From assembly GCA_045590555.1 (NCBI GenBank), contig JAZNRC010000023.1, positions 2,915-66,914 on the forward strand: a stretch of 64,000 bases of DNA, in the 5' to 3' direction. The notes beneath the pieces are model-generated. The model worked only from the letters and a program-made list of their open reading frames with translations, was not told where the DNA came from and made no database searches. Shown piece by piece: positions 38,042 through 48,354 of the stretch; position 1 is the first letter of the stretch; the number at the start of each line of letters is the position of its first letter. The stretch is from Lachnospiraceae bacterium (lineage in GTDB: Bacteria; Bacillota; Clostridia; Lachnospirales; Lachnospiraceae). A program made the translations under genes and the position numbers.

Positions 38042-39412
38042 TTACTCTTCCGCCAGCTTACCGTCGGTTCTTGTCAGATTCTTAAGCCATTTGTATTTAC
38101 CGAAATTCCAGAATACCGCCGGAAGTTTAATGATTTCATCGGTATTGATTAAAATATATACCCATAAAACCGGCAACTTTAAGATAAAAGCCGCTACCAG
38201 ACCGATAGGCACCGTAACGGCCCACATGGTAACAATATCGCAGATACAACCAAACTTGGAATCGCCGCCCGCCGGGAAAATACCCGCCACAACGGTCATG
38301 TTAATGGATTTGCCGGCCACGTAATAAGAACACACAAGCAACATTACCTTAAGATAGCCTTGCGCCGTATCCGTAAGACTACTAAACATAGGTACAAACG
38401 GAATTACGCAGAGTACGATTACTCCGGCAATGATACCGGTTATAATGGCAATTTTTAATAAAAGCTTACCGTAGGCCTTGGCCAGATCTCTTTTACCCTG
38501 TCCAAGAAGGGCCCCTACCATAACACTGCTTGCGATAGCTACGCCGGTACAAACGCAGATAGAAAGGTTTTTGACAATATTAGCAATGGAGTTGGCTGCT
38601 GCCGCGTCGCTTCCCAAGTGCCCCATAATTACGGAATACATAGTAAAACCTAAGCCCCAGCCCAGCTGGTTTCCAAAAAGGGGCAAGGTATATTTCCAGA
38701 AATCTTTTACAAGGACTTTGTCACTGCGAAGCACGTATTTTAAGCGGATTTTCACACTGCCGGGCATAAACATTACAATCATCGCCCATACCGCTTCTAC
38801 TAATTTAGACAGTACGGTGGCAATGGCCGCTCCCGCAACACCAAGTTCGGGAAAAGGTCCGATACCAAAGATCAGCAATGCATTAAAAACAATGTTCACA
38901 ACCACAGATACCGCACTGATTACGGCGCAGGTCCCGGCCTTCTCGCAGTTCTTCATAATGGTAAGGTACACCTGTGAAATCGCAAGAAGCAGGTAGGAAA
39001 GTCCCACGTATCTTAAGTAAACGGCACCATATTCAATCAAAACAGGGTCTGAAGCAAACGCCCGCATCATAAGCCCCGGTGTAAAAATCGCACCTAACAT
39101 AAAAGGAAGGGATACCAGCACGGTATATTTCAAGCCGATGCCCAAAATTTTCTCAATGGAATCCTTATCCTGAATTCCCCAGTACTGCGCTGCAAAAATC
39201 GACACACCTGAAGTAAGGGCAAATTCGAACAGGGTAAATACAAACATAACCTGCGTCGCCAAAGATACCGCCGATAAGGCGTCCTGATTTAAGAATCCCA
39301 TCATCACCGCATCGGATACGCCTACCAAAGCCAGCATCAACTGTTGAAATGCCATGGGTACTACAAGTCTTATTAATTTTTTATAAAATTCTTTTTTTTC
39401 TGCTCTATTCAT
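38042..39412 (-). CDS. MATE family efflux transporter
   Basis: 12 TM pattern; DAVMMGFL..ALSAVSLA, FNALLIFG..FPELGVAGAAIAT. Confidence 0.92.
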   Translation of the reverse strand: MNRAEKKEFYKKLIRLVVPMAFQQLMLALVGVSDAVMMGFLNQDALSAVSLATQVMFVFTLFEFALTSGVSIFAAQYWGIQDKDSIEKILGIGLKYTVLVSLPFMLGAIFTPGLMMRAFASDPVLIEYGAVYLRYVGLSYLLLAISQVYLTIMKNCEKAGTCAVISAVSVVVNIVFNALLIFGIGPFPELGVAGAAIATVLSKLVEAVWAMIVMFMPGSVKIRLKYVLRSDKVLVKDFWKYTLPLFGNQLGWGLGFTMYSVIMGHLGSDAAAANSIANIVKNLSICVCTGVAIASSVMVGALLGQGKRDLAKAYGKLLLKIAIITGIIAGVIVLCVIPFVPMFSSLTDTAQGYLKVMLLVCSYYVAGKSINMTVVAGIFPAGGDSKFGCICDIVTMWAVTVPIGLVAAFILKLPVLWVYILINTDEIIKLPAVFWNFGKYKWLKNLTRTDGKLAEE

Positions 39413-39603
39413 AGTAATTCTATATTAAACTCCTTTTTGCGATTTTGCAATGTGATTTTAGTACGGTATTGATTTAATATCTATAATTTTTTGTGTATAT
39501 TTTATAACAATCGTACAGTTTTATGGTTTTTGCCCGGTTTCTACCCATTTCTTACGCCGATAAATGCTTTTTTATCGGCTGTTAAAATGTTGCGCTCTTA
39601 CTC

Positions 39604-39636
39604 TTTTATCGGAAATTTGGCCCCTTTCGTCGGAAA
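39604..39636 (+). promoter_or_regulatory. Candidate LytTR-type direct-repeat operator
   Basis: TTTTATCGGAAA and TTTCGTCGGAAA with TCGGAAA cores at 39609 and 39630 (21-bp period). Confidence 0.4.
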
Positions 39637-39762
39637 ATCCCCTTTTGTCACTTTTCTTTAAAATCTTACTTTGTTAATATCTCTCTTGATATTTCATATC
39701 GCATAACACTTTCTTTTATAAAAACGCAACCCCAAATTTACAGATAGTAAAAGGAGACCATT

Positions 39763-41028
39763 ATGAAAAAGTTACAATATTTATTATTAATATGCGTATT
39801 GGTATTTTGCCTTGCAGGTTGCTTAAATCCTGCAGAAAACGATACAAACGAAGTAATCGGTAACGACGAGGTTGTAGCCGGAAACGAGTCCGAAGACTAC
39901 GATGATTTTGAAGAGACCGAAAATGAAGAAGAATTCGTGGAAGACGAGGAGGAAGAGGTTGAAGCAGATTATACGGAAGAGGCAGAAGATATATTAAACC
40001 AGGTAGATACCTTTTTTGAGGCTCTGTCTACAGGTGACATTGATACTCTTGTAAGTATGTGCGACGAGGAGCAGGAATATTACGAATACCTGACCGCTAT
40101 GAGCGAATATGACTTCACTCCCGAATTTTTGCAGATACTCTACGGTGATACCCGATATTATATCGAAGAAGGTGCAAAAGAAGAACTTATGGATGATTTG
40201 GCGTCTTTCCACGAAGACGGAGACGATGACTACATATCCATTGATGTAGTATATTCTTATAGATATATGTTTTTAATGGGTGCTGTATATCCGACTGCAT
40301 TTGAAGATGGTACTTTGATTGAGGAATACGCAAGATACGACAGTAACGAAGTGGCGCTTGCAGACTTAGCCAAAGCAGTTCCCCTTATCCCCTGCGTAAG
40401 CAATAAAGATTTTGAGATTAAGATAAAAGAAGACGGTTCGATTGTAATTGCTCTAGACGACGTAATCGGCAATATGGAAATCGAAGAAGTGGGGGATATT
40501 AACGAAAAATATCCCATGCATTATGCGGAAGAATTTTTAGAAGTAAGTACCGTTGATGTTATTGTGGGAGAAGTAGGAAACGGTTTCCATGAAAACAATG
40601 ATATCTTATTGGAAATTGACAGATTACTGACTGCTAAAGACTATGTCGGACTGGAAGAATATCTCGGAAGCGTAACCGGTGTGGATTACAAAACCAAATA
40701 CGGTGAAGATTACGGCAGTTATGAAGAATTAACCGATAGCCAGAAGGCATTCGTGGATGAATTCATCAATGACGGTTTTGATTATCAATTGGTTGGACTT
40801 TTGAATGCTGACCCTGACAGCCCGATGTATAATTACAGAACAGCTTCATTTATCCTTACGAGTCCCCGATTAGAAATCACCGATCCGGCAGTATCCCAAT
40901 GGTATTGGGACAATGATATTAAAGATATTACCATATCCTATTCCGTATCCACTGATTTACCGCTGTACGACGAATTCATTTACCGCTACTACACAGTAAT
41001 TGCATACGCAAAAGAACATATTGAATAA
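39763..41028 (+). CDS. Highly acidic lipoprotein of unknown function
   Basis: Lipobox LAGC; Glu/Asp-rich linker; AAGGAG RBS. Confidence 0.8.
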   Translation: MKKLQYLLLICVLVFCLAGCLNPAENDTNEVIGNDEVVAGNESEDYDDFEETENEEEFVEDEEEEVEADYTEEAEDILNQVDTFFEALSTGDIDTLVSMCDEEQEYYEYLTAMSEYDFTPEFLQILYGDTRYYIEEGAKEELMDDLASFHEDGDDDYISIDVVYSYRYMFLMGAVYPTAFEDGTLIEEYARYDSNEVALADLAKAVPLIPCVSNKDFEIKIKEDGSIVIALDDVIGNMEIEEVGDINEKYPMHYAEEFLEVSTVDVIVGEVGNGFHENNDILLEIDRLLTAKDYVGLEEYLGSVTGVDYKTKYGEDYGSYEELTDSQKAFVDEFINDGFDYQLVGLLNADPDSPMYNYRTASFILTSPRLEITDPAVSQWYWDNDIKDITISYSVSTDLPLYDEFIYRYYTVIAYAKEHIE

Positions 41029-41044
41029 AATGATTTCAGATTCC

Positions 41045-41075
41045 CCGTTGTTATTTCTGTAATGACAACGGGGTT
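41045..41075 (+). terminator. Terminator after lipoprotein gene
   Basis: CCCCGTTGTTATT...AATGACAACGGGG followed by TTT. Confidence 0.7.
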
Positions 41076-41152
41076 TACCTTTGATATACTTGGTTTAATA
41101 ATTTTAGGATTAAAACATACCTCAGCAATACTATTCTATAAAGGACAATAAC

Positions 41153-41890
41153 ATGAATGCATTAAATACTTACCGGGTACATATCTGCGACGACATAAAA
41201 GAACATGCATCAGAACTTCAGAATCTCCTGCAGTCTCTCGGTGCAAACCTGCACTTTGAGATTACGGTCAGTTCTTCAGCAGACGAGTTTCTTACTCTGC
41301 TCTCTTCCATCGAAAGGGGCGATTCCAATCCCTGCGACATCATTTTTATGGACATTCGTATGCCCGAAAGCGACGGCATTATCTTAGGTAAAAAAATAAA
41401 GGAACTCTGTCCCGATACTTACCTAATCTTTACTACAGCTTATTCCGAATATGCCGTAAAAGGATATGAAGCCGCAGCCTATCGTTATCTTCTGAAACCC
41501 TTGAAACCCGAGGATTTGACTACTTTGATGACAGACATCCGGGCCGAACTGGATAAAAAGAAAAAAATCCTGATTAACGGCAAAAAGGACAGCACCTATG
41601 TAGCCCTAAAAGATATTCTCTACATCAGTGCCGAAGATAAGTACGCCATTGTGTATACGAAAAACGGCCATTTTATCAGTGATACGAGTTTAAACCGGTA
41701 CGAAGAGCAATTGGGCACCTATGGATTTTATCGGATTCACCGTAAGTATCTGGTGAATGTTTATCACCACCGCAGTTTAAACGATAATTGCGCAAACCTA
41801 AGCGATGGCAGCTCTCTGCCCGTAAGCAAGACCAAAATCGGTACCTATCGAAACTTTGTTTTTGCTTATATGCGCGAAAAATTAGTGTAA
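41153..41890 (+). CDS. LytTR family response regulator (AgrA-like)
   Basis: ICDD, IIFMDIRMP, AVKGYEAAAYRYLLKP, FYRIHRKYLVN, LPVSK. Confidence 0.93.
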   Translation: MNALNTYRVHICDDIKEHASELQNLLQSLGANLHFEITVSSSADEFLTLLSSIERGDSNPCDIIFMDIRMPESDGIILGKKIKELCPDTYLIFTTAYSEYAVKGYEAAAYRYLLKPLKPEDLTTLMTDIRAELDKKKKILINGKKDSTYVALKDILYISAEDKYAIVYTKNGHFISDTSLNRYEEQLGTYGFYRIHRKYLVNVYHHRSLNDNCANLSDGSSLPVSKTKIGTYRNFVFAYMREKLV

Positions 41891-41902
41891 GGTGGAAATT
41901 TT

Positions 41903-43204
41903 ATGTTAGAAGTAATTCAGGTTGCAATTCTTGTTATGACCAACGTTTTTGTGGTCTTAAATACCATTTTAATTCTAAAATATGTTTACGGGCGGGATAT
42001 GCGTTATGATGCAAAATCCCTGCTGATTACCGCCCTGGCGTTCCTTGGAATGGACATTCTTATTTCCTTATTACCGCAAAACCTGGAGTGGCTGGGCGTA
42101 ATCGGAATGTATTCCGGTCTCCTTTTGGCGGTCATTTTTATGTGTCGCTCCAAACACTTTGTTACGGTACTTCTGATTATTCCCGCCATTCTTTTTTATG
42201 TCCAGACAGGGTCTATCTTAACCACGTTGGAACTTTTTACGGGGTTGGACAAATTTCAAACCGTGGCAAGCAACGGAGAGGTTATTACTCCCTTATTTAT
42301 ACTGTGCGATCCCTTATTTTTTGTGATTCTGCTTCTGCTGATTCGCCATACAGACCGCCGAATTCAGAATACCGCCTTAAATGCAATTGAAGTGGTTGTG
42401 CTTCTTATTTTTAACGCAGTAGGCTACTTTGCCGCCGGCATCATCCGTACCTTAAAAGCTGAGAATCTGTATTATTTTGTAATATCTTCCCTGATTCTCT
42501 TTGCTTTTGAAATACTTCTTCTTTATGCAGTATATCATCGGAAGCGTTCCGGCTACTACCGCCGGTTGTCCCAGGAATACAAGAAACAATTTGAGGAAGA
42601 GTATACTTTCTTTAAAGACTATAAAACAACCCAGGAAGATACCATACGGTTCCGCCACGATTGGAAAAATCATATGCTTTTGATTCGTGAAATGCTTGCC
42701 AAAGGCGAGTATGACAAGGCGGAAGAATATTTTAGCAACTTAAGCGGAAATACTCCGGAAGGAAAAGGCAATACAGCTACCGGTTGTGAATTGGCGGATA
42801 TGATGATTGGCATTAAAAGCGAGCAGATGGAAGATTTAGGAATCACGTTTCGCTTTACCGGGAATCTTGTGGCACTGAATCGGTTAGAGCAGGTAGACTG
42901 TTGCATCCTTTTATCCAATCTTCTGGATAATGCCATGGAAGCAAATGCTAAAATAAAAGACAACCGATACATTACCCTTATCAGCCGACAAACAGAAAAT
43001 CTTTTGTATATAGAAATGAAAAATCCTTCTACGGAAACGCTTCAAAAGGAAGGAAACCGCATTCTTTCTACCAAAAAGACCGACGCCCCTTCGGGTATCG
43101 GCCTTGAAAATGTGGATGCAATTGTGCGAAAATATCACGGCGAATGCCGTATTTTTATCGAAAGCGGGGAATTTGTTTTCCAGATGCTTCTACCGGAGGA
43201 GTAA
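41903..43204 (+). CDS. GHKL (AgrC-like) sensor histidine kinase
   Basis: Multi-TM N-terminus; FRHDWKNH H-box; LSNLLDNAMEA; SGIGLENV. Confidence 0.92.
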   Translation: MLEVIQVAILVMTNVFVVLNTILILKYVYGRDMRYDAKSLLITALAFLGMDILISLLPQNLEWLGVIGMYSGLLLAVIFMCRSKHFVTVLLIIPAILFYVQTGSILTTLELFTGLDKFQTVASNGEVITPLFILCDPLFFVILLLLIRHTDRRIQNTALNAIEVVVLLIFNAVGYFAAGIIRTLKAENLYYFVISSLILFAFEILLLYAVYHRKRSGYYRRLSQEYKKQFEEEYTFFKDYKTTQEDTIRFRHDWKNHMLLIREMLAKGEYDKAEEYFSNLSGNTPEGKGNTATGCELADMMIGIKSEQMEDLGITFRFTGNLVALNRLEQVDCCILLSNLLDNAMEANAKIKDNRYITLISRQTENLLYIEMKNPSTETLQKEGNRILSTKKTDAPSGIGLENVDAIVRKYHGECRIFIESGEFVFQMLLPEE

Positions 43205-43246
43205 ATAAATGCTCCTCCTTTTTATTGCAATAAACCGTATTAATCT

Positions 43247-43696
43247 CTATATCATCTCTTCCGAATCATAAAGAATCGTAAACGGCCCGTCGTTCACCAG
43301 CGATACCGCCATATCAGCACCAAAAATACCTGTTTCGGTTTTGATACCGCTCTCTCGACATTTTCCAATGATATATTCGTACATTTCGTTGGCAAAGTCC
43401 GGTGCTCCTGCCCGTATAAAAGAAGGGCGGTTTCCTTTTTTACAATCTGCATACAGGGTGAACTGGGAAACCAAAAGTAGCTCTCCGCCCACATCTTCAA
43501 GCGCCAAATTGGTCTTGCCTTCCGCATCCGCAAAAATACGAAGACCCAGAAGCTTCTTTACAAGCTTGTCTGCAATTTCTTTGGTATCTTCATTAGACAC
43601 CCCGATGAAAACAAGAAAACCCTTGCCGATTTCGCCGGTAATCTTGCCTTCTACCTCAACTTTCGCTTCTTTTACACGTTGGATTACGAATTTCAT
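43247..43696 (-). CDS. dtd: D-aminoacyl-tRNA deacylase
   Basis: [34 protein letters not shown]. Confidence 0.96.
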   Translation of the reverse strand: MKFVIQRVKEAKVEVEGKITGEIGKGFLVFIGVSNEDTKEIADKLVKKLLGLRIFADAEGKTNLALEDVGGELLLVSQFTLYADCKKGNRPSFIRAGAPDFANEMYEYIIGKCRESGIKTETGIFGADMAVSLVNDGPFTILYDSEEMI

Positions 43697-43934
43697 TGTC
43701 AATCTCCCTGCCCTTTAATGGCTTACAATTGTCTATTTCTATGGAAAGAATATTTTAAAAATTATCCTTTTTTATCACACAAATTTAACGTTATTTGTGA
43801 TATACTACCTTTCAGACGGCTTCTACATAATGATCCGCCAACTTTATTAGTATAACGTAACTATTCAGAACACCATTCACAAAATCGCGACTCTGAATAT
43901 TTACAGTATAACATAAGAATGAGAGGAAATAAAA

Positions 43935-44318
43935 ATGAATATTGCAGTAACTTACGAAAACGGACAGATTTTTCAGCATTTCGGCCATACCGAACAGTTT
44001 AAGGTATACGAAATCGACAACAACACAGTGGTAAAAAGCTTCGTAGTGGACACAAACGGCCAGGGCCACGGCGCATTGGCAGGCTTTCTTTCTTTAAACA
44101 ATATCGAAGTTTTGATCTGCGGCGGTATCGGCGGTGGCGCACAGATGGCTTTAGCGGAAGCGGGCATCAAGCTTTACGGCGGTGTAAGCGGAGACGCAGA
44201 TGCAGCGGTAGAAGCTTATCTTGCAGGAAACTTGGATTTTAACCCGAATGTACAGTGCAACCATCACGGACACGACCACGGCGAAGGACACAACTGTGGA
44301 AATCACAGCTGCCACTAA
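43935..44318 (+). CDS. NifB/NifX (FeMo-co biosynthesis-like) family protein with His/Cys-rich tail
   Basis: IFQHFGHTEQF, VLICGGIGGGA, C-terminal CNHHGHDHGEGHNCGNHSCH. Confidence 0.88.
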   Translation: MNIAVTYENGQIFQHFGHTEQFKVYEIDNNTVVKSFVVDTNGQGHGALAGFLSLNNIEVLICGGIGGGAQMALAEAGIKLYGGVSGDADAAVEAYLAGNLDFNPNVQCNHHGHDHGEGHNCGNHSCH

Positions 44319-44329
44319 AAAATAAATGG

Positions 44330-44358
44330 ACAAACATGTTTAAAAAAAATATAATTAG
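44330..44358 (+). promoter_or_regulatory. Sigma-A promoter of rubrerythrin
   Basis: TGGACA-N17-TATAAT; ATAATTA...TAATTAT inverted pair overlaps the start region. Confidence 0.5.
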
Positions 44359-44390
44359 TTCATAGTAATTATAAAAAGGAGGTTACACCT

Positions 44391-44927
44391 ATGTCTAAAT
44401 ACGCAGGTACACAAACAGAGAAAAACTTAATGGCTGCTTTTTCCGGAGAATCAGAGGCCAGAAACAAATACACTTATTTTGCTTCCAAAGCAAAAAAGGA
44501 AGGCTATGAGCAGATTGCTGCCCTTTTCTTAAAGACAGCTGACAACGAGAAAGAGCATGCTAAATTATGGTTTAAGGAATTGGAAGGCATTGGCAATACC
44601 GCAGAGAACCTTGTTTCTGCTGCTGCAGGCGAAAACTACGAATGGACCGATATGTACGCAGGTTTTGCAAAAACTGCTGAAGAAGAAGGTTTCCCTGAGT
44701 TAGCAGCGAAATTCCGTATGGTAGCAGCAATCGAGAAACACCATGAAGAACGTTACCGCGCATTGTTACACAATGTGGAAACAGCAGAAGTCTTCAAGAA
44801 GAGTGAAGTGAAGGTTTGGGAATGCCGTAACTGCGGTCATATCGTGGTTGGCACCAATGCTCCCGAAATTTGCCCGACTTGTGCACACCCTCAGGCATAC
44901 TTCGAAATCCACGCAGAAAATTACTAA
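44391..44927 (+). CDS. rbr: Rubrerythrin
   Basis: [30 protein letters not shown]...CPTCAHP rubredoxin domain. Confidence 0.95.
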   Translation: MSKYAGTQTEKNLMAAFSGESEARNKYTYFASKAKKEGYEQIAALFLKTADNEKEHAKLWFKELEGIGNTAENLVSAAAGENYEWTDMYAGFAKTAEEEGFPELAAKFRMVAAIEKHHEERYRALLHNVETAEVFKKSEVKVWECRNCGHIVVGTNAPEICPTCAHPQAYFEIHAENY

Positions 44928-44951
44928 TTATATGTACGTTTAAATTATTGG

Positions 44952-44980
44952 GCTTATGCATTCATTTCGACTGCATAAGC
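44952..44980 (+). terminator. Terminator after rbr
   Basis: GGCTTATGCA...TGCATAAGCC followed by T-run. Confidence 0.75.
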
Positions 44981-45055
44981 CTTTTTTATAAAAAAAACGG
45001 GACCTGCCATATGTTTTCCATGACAGACCCCGTTTTACTTATTAAGGCACTTTTC

Positions 45056-45214
45056 TTAGTATTCTTTGTTCTTATTGGACTTGTTGTCCGCTTTATCGGA
45101 ATAGTTGTTCTTAGAAGCATTCTTCGAATTGTTCTTTGAGTTATTCTTTGTGCTGTTCTGTGAATTGTTGTCGTTATACGCATTGTATGACTTATCGTTG
45201 TAGTTGTCCTTCAT
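45056..45214 (-). CDS. Small Asn/Lys/Ser-rich low-complexity protein (52 aa)
   Basis: GGAAGGAGAGG RBS before ATG 45214; KNNS-type repeats; downstream hairpin AAAACGGG...CCCGTTTT. Confidence 0.6.
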   Translation of the reverse strand: MKDNYNDKSYNAYNDNNSQNSTKNNSKNNSKNASKNNYSDKADNKSNKNKEY

Positions 45215-45415
45215 GATGCACCTCTCCTTCCAATTGAAATCTTCTTCTTTTTGCATTCTATGATAAATGAAGCGCAGACAGGTTTACATTTTTAAACACA
45301 TCCACGTTTCTGAAATTATTGTGTGCAATGTTTTCTTTTTATAAACTGGTATTTTTTGTTTGTTTTGATATATTAGACCACTTTTATGCTATACTGGATA
45401 CATATTTTAAAAAAA

Positions 45416-45443
45416 TGAAACCTAATACAATTTTTATGTGTTT
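45416..45443 (+). promoter_or_regulatory. Possible ECF-type autoregulatory promoter
   Basis: TGAAAC-N16-GTGT upstream of ECF sigma. Confidence 0.35.
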
Positions 45444-45497
45444 TATAGATATAAGCGCCTAATTTATAAATACGTATTTAAAACGAAGGAGAAAACA

Positions 45498-45971
45498 ATG
45501 ACAGAGGAATTATTCTGCCACTATTATGAAAAATATAAGAATACTGTGTATTCGGTGATATTTAACTATGTGCAGAATACAGAAGACACCGCAGACCTTT
45601 TACAGGAAGTATTCATCAAACTTTATGCCGGTGAGAATCATTTTGCCGGCGACGAGCATATGAAGGCCTGGTTGATTCGTGTCTCCGTAAATTTATGTAA
45701 AAATCACTTAAGGAGTTCTAAGATTCGAAAAATAGTACCTTTAGAGGAAGAAATTCCCTTTTTTGATAAAAAAGAAGACAACGAACTGATTAAAATTGTT
45801 TTTACATTGCCGGAGAAGTACCGAATCCCCATCCACTTGTTTTACTATGAAGAATACAGTATTAAAGAAATCGGTGACATCCTGAATATGCCGGAAGCCA
45901 CCGTCAAAATCAGATTAAAAAGAGGTCGGGAGAAACTAAGCAAAATTTTAAACAAGGAGGACTGGTTATAA
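45498..45971 (+). CDS. ECF RNA polymerase sigma factor
   Basis: DLLQEVFIKL, KAWLIRVSVNLCKN, LPEKYRIPIHLFYYEEYSIKEI, VKIRLKRGREKL; AAGGAG RBS. Confidence 0.92.
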   Translation: MTEELFCHYYEKYKNTVYSVIFNYVQNTEDTADLLQEVFIKLYAGENHFAGDEHMKAWLIRVSVNLCKNHLRSSKIRKIVPLEEEIPFFDKKEDNELIKIVFTLPEKYRIPIHLFYYEEYSIKEIGDILNMPEATVKIRLKRGREKLSKILNKEDWL

Positions 45972-47254
45972 TGAAAATCAGCGATATTTACATAGAACAA
46001 ACCAACCGGTTCTGCGATGCCAACTGCAAAATTACCGCTGAAGATATTCTTGCAAAAGCAAAATTCAGGCAAAATGATAAAGATATTAAAAATATCGATT
46101 CAACAAATGCAGAATCAAAATCCAATATAAAAGAATTTAAATCAACCGGAACAAAATACCGCCAATCAGCGTTTCGCCTAAGCCATATAATCGCCGCATG
46201 TATCTGTTTTGTATTACTGGCCGGTACCGGTGTTCTGGCATTTGGCGGAAACAGCGGATATTTGTTGAGCAATGCCGGTGCAACCATGCTTTCTCTGGAT
46301 GAACAAAAAATGGAAATCTTCCTTTTAGAGAACTGGAAAGACTACACTTCGGCTGCACTTGTACAACAGGGATATATTTACGAAATTAATAAAGTCATGG
46401 AAAATAATGATTACAAGGTAGAACTGATTGCTGTTACCGGTGATGTGAACGTTCCCCGCCTTCTTATTGACTTTTATATCAAAGACGAAGAAGTGGCAGA
46501 AGAAAATGACCGCATTTTCTTGAATGTCTATATTTTAGACAAGGACGAATATTTCCATAACAGATCCAACTATTCTGCTTGTGGTGCTTACGGTGTTAAG
46601 GATAAAGAAATAACCAATCTATACCATGTAAACATTGAATGTGCTCCGGCCTGGATTACCACAGGAGAGGAAGTTGTAATTGCAGTATCCTCTGTATATA
46701 CAGACCTGTCACCGGATACAACCGAAGACTTGTCTTACTGGTCTAATATGAAAGAAGAAATGGCTGAAATCGGCGTAACTCCGGACTTTACCATGAATGA
46801 AATGAGTTTCTATTACAGCACTACCATTCCGACGAATGCTTTTTCTACTATAACAACCCGTCGCTACCATGATGTGGTATTTAGCAGTAGCAAGTATGAT
46901 TACGAATTGAACTCTGTGGACTATGGACATTATAATTTGAATATGACTTTTAGATTTGATTATCCGGACGGAACCGCTACGGATTATGCTAATAATAAAA
47001 CTTTCGTGGAAGAACGACTGTTTCTGAACTGGAAGAATCTGGCTACCGAAATGTGCCTGATTGTCGACGGTGAGGTGTATACCTTGGAAGAAGACGAGTT
47101 TGGCTCCGTAACTTGGGACTTTGAAGGAAAAAACGGTCCTTCCAACTATTGTTATATTTATATAAATTTCCCTAATGTGGATTATTATACCGCCGAAAGC
47201 ATCATCCTTCAGGTCGGTGACGTATCCTATGATTTAAAAGAAAGTGAGTTATAA
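45971..47254 (+). CDS. Anti-sigma factor-like membrane protein (DUF4179 type)
   Basis: Translationally coupled to sigma (TAATG); one TM (IAACICFVLLAGTGVLA) then extracytoplasmic domain. Confidence 0.72.
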   Translation: MKISDIYIEQTNRFCDANCKITAEDILAKAKFRQNDKDIKNIDSTNAESKSNIKEFKSTGTKYRQSAFRLSHIIAACICFVLLAGTGVLAFGGNSGYLLSNAGATMLSLDEQKMEIFLLENWKDYTSAALVQQGYIYEINKVMENNDYKVELIAVTGDVNVPRLLIDFYIKDEEVAEENDRIFLNVYILDKDEYFHNRSNYSACGAYGVKDKEITNLYHVNIECAPAWITTGEEVVIAVSSVYTDLSPDTTEDLSYWSNMKEEMAEIGVTPDFTMNEMSFYYSTTIPTNAFSTITTRRYHDVVFSSSKYDYELNSVDYGHYNLNMTFRFDYPDGTATDYANNKTFVEERLFLNWKNLATEMCLIVDGEVYTLEEDEFGSVTWDFEGKNGPSNYCYIYINFPNVDYYTAESIILQVGDVSYDLKESEL

Positions 47255-47263
47255 AATGAGTAA

Positions 47264-47297
47264 AAAGACTGTCATAAAATATTGTTATGACAGTCTT
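47264..47297 (+). terminator. Terminator after anti-sigma gene
   Basis: AAAGACTGTCATAA...TTATGACAGTCTTT. Confidence 0.75.
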
Positions 47298-47419
47298 TCC
47301 TCTTATTCCGGTAGATTTGGATTGATTTTAGCCATTAGTGCTTTTATAATCTAGTATAAAATACGATTTAGGAAAAAGCGACAAATCATGTTAATGATTT
47401 TTCCTAGAAAGGGACAGAA

Positions 47420-48232
47420 ATGAACAAAAAACTTAAAATTGTTTTGATTGCCATTGGAATCTTACTTTTAACCGCACTGCTTTACTTTGCCGTGGTTCAT
47501 CCCCGCGTAAAAACATACTTAATGATGCAGGCGATCTACGAAGAATTTGGCGGTAATCGTGATATTGGTATGCCCATCATAGAGTATGACCAGTCTCATG
47601 TAACGGATGACTCTCTGGTGATGACAGACTTCGGGACTTTCAGCCTTGGTATCCCTTCTGATTGGGAAAACCAAAGTAAGGAAGACTCTGATATTATTAT
47701 ATATCGTACCATTGGCGTAGACGTTGGTGAAAAGGCGGATTGCGAGAGTATGGCTTTTAGTCCCACAGGTTCTGATTATTCGAATTTGGCAATTCTGAAT
47801 AATAAAGACTTGTATGAAGAATCTGAACTTTCAGACGCAAATATAAGACACTTGGAAAATGGCTACGAAAAATTAGGCTACGGTTTGCCGGATAGTGCTT
47901 ACACAACCTTAAAATGTGCATATTCCATTACCCCGGAAGATTACAACTTTTATATTTATGATAAATCCCTTGCGTATACATATGTTCTTGTTCATAGGGC
48001 CGGCTCACCGTATTACTCAAACGGTGATACCGCTAAGATCTACTATTACGAAACCGATGATGTCTGTGTACTGATTAACGAGCAGTACAGACCGGATTAC
48101 GATGGTAAGTATCATTTTAAAATAGAATTTTATGATGCGAATGATTTAAATACAGGATATACGTTCACTATGACCGTGGATGATAAGGAAACCGGTTATG
48201 CAATTATTAATTCTCTAACATTTGATGAATAA
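47420..48232 (+). CDS. Hypothetical membrane-anchored protein
   Basis: 270-aa ORF, N-terminal signal anchor, GAAAGGGA RBS. Confidence 0.7.
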   Translation: MNKKLKIVLIAIGILLLTALLYFAVVHPRVKTYLMMQAIYEEFGGNRDIGMPIIEYDQSHVTDDSLVMTDFGTFSLGIPSDWENQSKEDSDIIIYRTIGVDVGEKADCESMAFSPTGSDYSNLAILNNKDLYEESELSDANIRHLENGYEKLGYGLPDSAYTTLKCAYSITPEDYNFYIYDKSLAYTYVLVHRAGSPYYSNGDTAKIYYYETDDVCVLINEQYRPDYDGKYHFKIEFYDANDLNTGYTFTMTVDDKETGYAIINSLTFDE

Positions 48233-48277
48233 AACATATTTTATAACTTATTTATTATAAAAATTGTGGCATATAAT

Positions 48278-48319
48278 AAGCCCTCTGCTTTGTTGATATT
48301 CATCAAAAGCAGAGGGCTT
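48278..48319. terminator. Bidirectional terminator
   Basis: AAGCCCTCTGCTTT...AAAGCAGAGGGCTT between convergent genes. Confidence 0.75.
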
Positions 48320-48354
48320 TGTAATTCATTTACATTGTGTGATATTCTTTTATT

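Noticed and set aside
39556-39579. GCCGATAA resembling a sigma-D -10 element on both strands
   Set aside because: No properly spaced TAAA -35; explained by a small hairpin GCCGATAAA/TTTATCGGC.
43799-43856. Purine-riboswitch-like look (TATACTA/TAGTATA closing stem, CTTCTAC, CGG/CCG)
   Set aside because: The P2 region is ~16 nt instead of ~25, there is no ATATGG or CCGTAAA loop, and downstream genes are unrelated to purines; more likely overlapping promoter elements.
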